Shown here piece by piece: positions 62,190-64,000 of a stretch of 64,000 bases of DNA. The first letter of the stretch is position 1. Every line of letters begins with the position of its first letter. The stretch spans positions 568,074 through 632,073 of the forward strand of contig NW_003314273.1 of assembly GCF_000143415.4 (NCBI RefSeq), written 5' to 3'. Below the pieces are notes generated by a model. That model saw only the letters and a list, made by a program, of their open reading frames with translations, had not been told where the DNA came from and did no database searches. Source of the DNA: Selaginella moellendorffii (taxonomy: Eukaryota; Plantae; Lycopodiophyta). The translations under genes and the position numbers were made by a program.

Positions 62190-62600
62190 GTGCGACCAGG
62201 AGCTTGTACGAGAAGGTGATGAATGCCGAGGAGAAGAGCTTCGTTTCTACTTCCTCGAGTTGCTCATGGAGAACGCGAGAAGTGGGAACATTGAGGAGTT
62301 CATGTCCGAGATGGATGTTGTTAAATTTGAAACCGGGGCCTCGATCCTTCCATGGCCTCGTTGCTGCGCTCATGCAAATGAAGTCGAAGGCTACTCCCCT
62401 GTTTCTTCCTCTCTACTAGAGATAGTGAGATGGCTACTTAGCTTTTCTGAGGAAGGAAATCGCGTCGGGTGAGATGCCTTTACAATAGACTTTCGTTGCC
62501 GTCAGGGGACTGCTTGGACGTGCTGCACTTCGTGATCGAGCGTAGAAAATTCTCTGAGCTATTGAAAGTGCAAACCTGGATACTCGCACTGTTTGGGGTA
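62190..62600 (+). pseudogene. Degenerate PPR-like fragment
   Basis: Broken frames resembling PLS-PPR motifs (TRSLYEKVM..KSFVSTSS / LMENARSGNIEE). Confidence 0.3.
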
Positions 62601-62824
62601 TGTATCTCATTCTTGCGGACTATGTAGAAAATTCCCTCTGCGCAGCATCCAGCACCATTCAACAACGAAAGAGATAACGAAGAATGAAAGCAAATGTATC
62701 TTCTTATCAATGCTGGATACTTGAACGAAGCAAATCACATTTTTATGAAAGGACATATTGGTGGTTAAGGAAAACTGCAAAAGGTATATATATAAGATCG
62801 TACTATAAGAATATTAGCCCGAGG

Positions 62825-62904
62825 CGTGCAGCGCCACGGCTCTGGGAGGCGCAGCCAATAGCTGTAGACGAGAGAGCGGAAATACACGACGCCGCCATAG
62901 CTCT
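62825..62904 (-). pseudogene. Displaced copy of the 5' end of the cp29/31-like gene
   Basis: Reverse complement reads agagctatggcggcgtcgtgtatttc..ctctcgtctacagctattggc..gcgcctcccagagccgtggcgctg, matching 51490-51580. Confidence 0.85.
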
Positions 62905-62943
62905 CAGCAACAAAAGGGGACAAAATGATCCATTTCCTTTTAA

Positions 62944-63513
62944 TAATATCCAATTATAGATTTCATGGTGTTTTAGTTGTGATCCTTTGTAATAGGTCAC
63001 CAAACTCAATAATGTGATCAGTGAGCTGCAAGAAGGTAGCTGTAAACGTAAAGCCGAGGGTGGCAAACCGGGAAATGAGAGGATTAGCATGATCAATTGG
63101 CAAGGTCACAAGAATGGGTGAGAGTGGCAAACTTCATTGTGATCAGGAGGAGTGGCAAGGTCACAAGAACGAGCGAGAGTGGCAAACCGAGGATCAACAC
63201 GATCAGGACAAATGGCAAGGTCACAAAAACGGGCAAAAGTGGCAAAACAGGGATCAGCAGGATCGGTTTGCCACTCTCGCCTGTTTTTGTGACCTTTCTG
63301 CTCCTTCTGATCACGCTTGGTTTGCCACTCTTGCCCATTTGCCACTCCTCCTGATTGTGCTAATCCTCCCATTTCTCGGTTTGCTGCTCTCGGTCTTGCA
63401 CTTACAGCTGCCTCACTGCAACTCACTAATTGCATTGTCGAGTCTGGTGACCTATTATAAGGGAAAAAAGCGGATCGCAACTCAAATGCCATGAAATCTA
63501 TAATTGGACATTA
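62944..63513. mobile_element. Foldback-type long inverted repeat with internal ~55-60 bp tandem subrepeats
   Basis: 62944-~63200 is the reverse complement of ~63265-63513, with mostly transition differences. The internal unit is TGGCAAGGTCACAA..GAGTGGCAAAC. No TSD found. Confidence 0.75.
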
Positions 63514-63539
63514 CCTTGCACCCTGTCGTGACGAGATGC

Positions 63540-63926
63540 CACCTACGAAGCTCTTGGCACAGCTCCCCCACCTTAAGGCTCTTGAAGAGTTTGCTTGCTT
63601 TGAAGTGCTTGCAAGTGGAGAATTGGGCCACTGACTTGGAAGGTTTTGCTTTAGAATACAACGAGGTAAGTAGTTCTTGCCACAGTCTGATCTGTTTGTA
63701 ATTTCCTCATTTTGTAATGCAGGATACTGCGCACAATGAGATGGAAGAGGGGCCATCCTCGGGTGGTGGTGGTAGTCAATCTCAGAGCCCGTCTGGGAAG
63801 ACTCGACCAGAGTCCAATGACGACAACTCAGTTAGTGTATCAAACTATGTTTTCTCATTGTAGTTGTGTCCTAATTTTTCTGGCAGGACGCCTCTTCTCG
63901 TCAGGCCACTCAATGTGATTGACAAC
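63540..63926 (+). other. Spliced-looking fragments of an unknown gene or pseudogene
   Basis: In-frame exon-like blocks ..FALEYNE|DTAHNEMEEG..NDDNS|DASSRQATQCD*, separated by ~57-nt GT-AG gaps. Confidence 0.3.
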
Positions 63927-64000
63927 ATGGAAGCAATTAGAACTGATATCAAGTTCAGAACACTAAAGTGCAAGGACTCTTCACTCAGTGTGAGGAAGAA

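Noticed and set aside
63095-63260. CRISPR-like repeat-spacer pattern
   Set aside because: The units are degenerate along their whole length, are mirrored in the opposite arm, and lie in eukaryotic DNA with no cas genes.

Overview
Gene-dense, intron-containing land-plant nuclear DNA. Introns are mostly 45-70 nt, intergenic gaps are often under 200 bp, codons are GC3-rich, telo-boxes lie near several start codons, and a PLS-class PPR gene is present. This pattern is most consistent with a lycophyte such as Selaginella (inference). About 22 recognisable protein genes are present: TXNDC9/PLP3, YJU2, GH17-X8 glucanase-like, PLS-PPR, COX5C-like, beta-tubulin, SET/LSMT-like, PPR-SMR, mitochondrial bL28, EMC8/9, DnaJ-type zinc finger, glycolate oxidase, PRP22, a DAO-family oxidoreductase, PDF1-like, TRM6, MTHFR, a cp29/31-like RNP, RNASEH2C, a BT1-like carrier, a BAHD acyltransferase and GUX/PGSIP GT8. 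There are also one well-formed orphan gene, three tRNA genes (2x Pro-TGG, Asn-GTT), a ~6 kb CpG-depleted AT-rich decayed island, and a foldback element beside a copied gene fragment. Highlights not in the ORF track: (1) a hidden AT-rich two-exon gene for a secreted, cysteine-rich cyanovirin-N-like (CVNH) protein, lying between two directly repeated tRNA-Pro genes; (2) a ~250-nt multi-stem RNA-like element with G-U wobbles biased to one strand, divergent from the beta-tubulin TATA box; (3) a GPI-anchored GH17-X8 protein lacking both catalytic glutamates. Exon boundaries were read by eye and may be off by a few nt.
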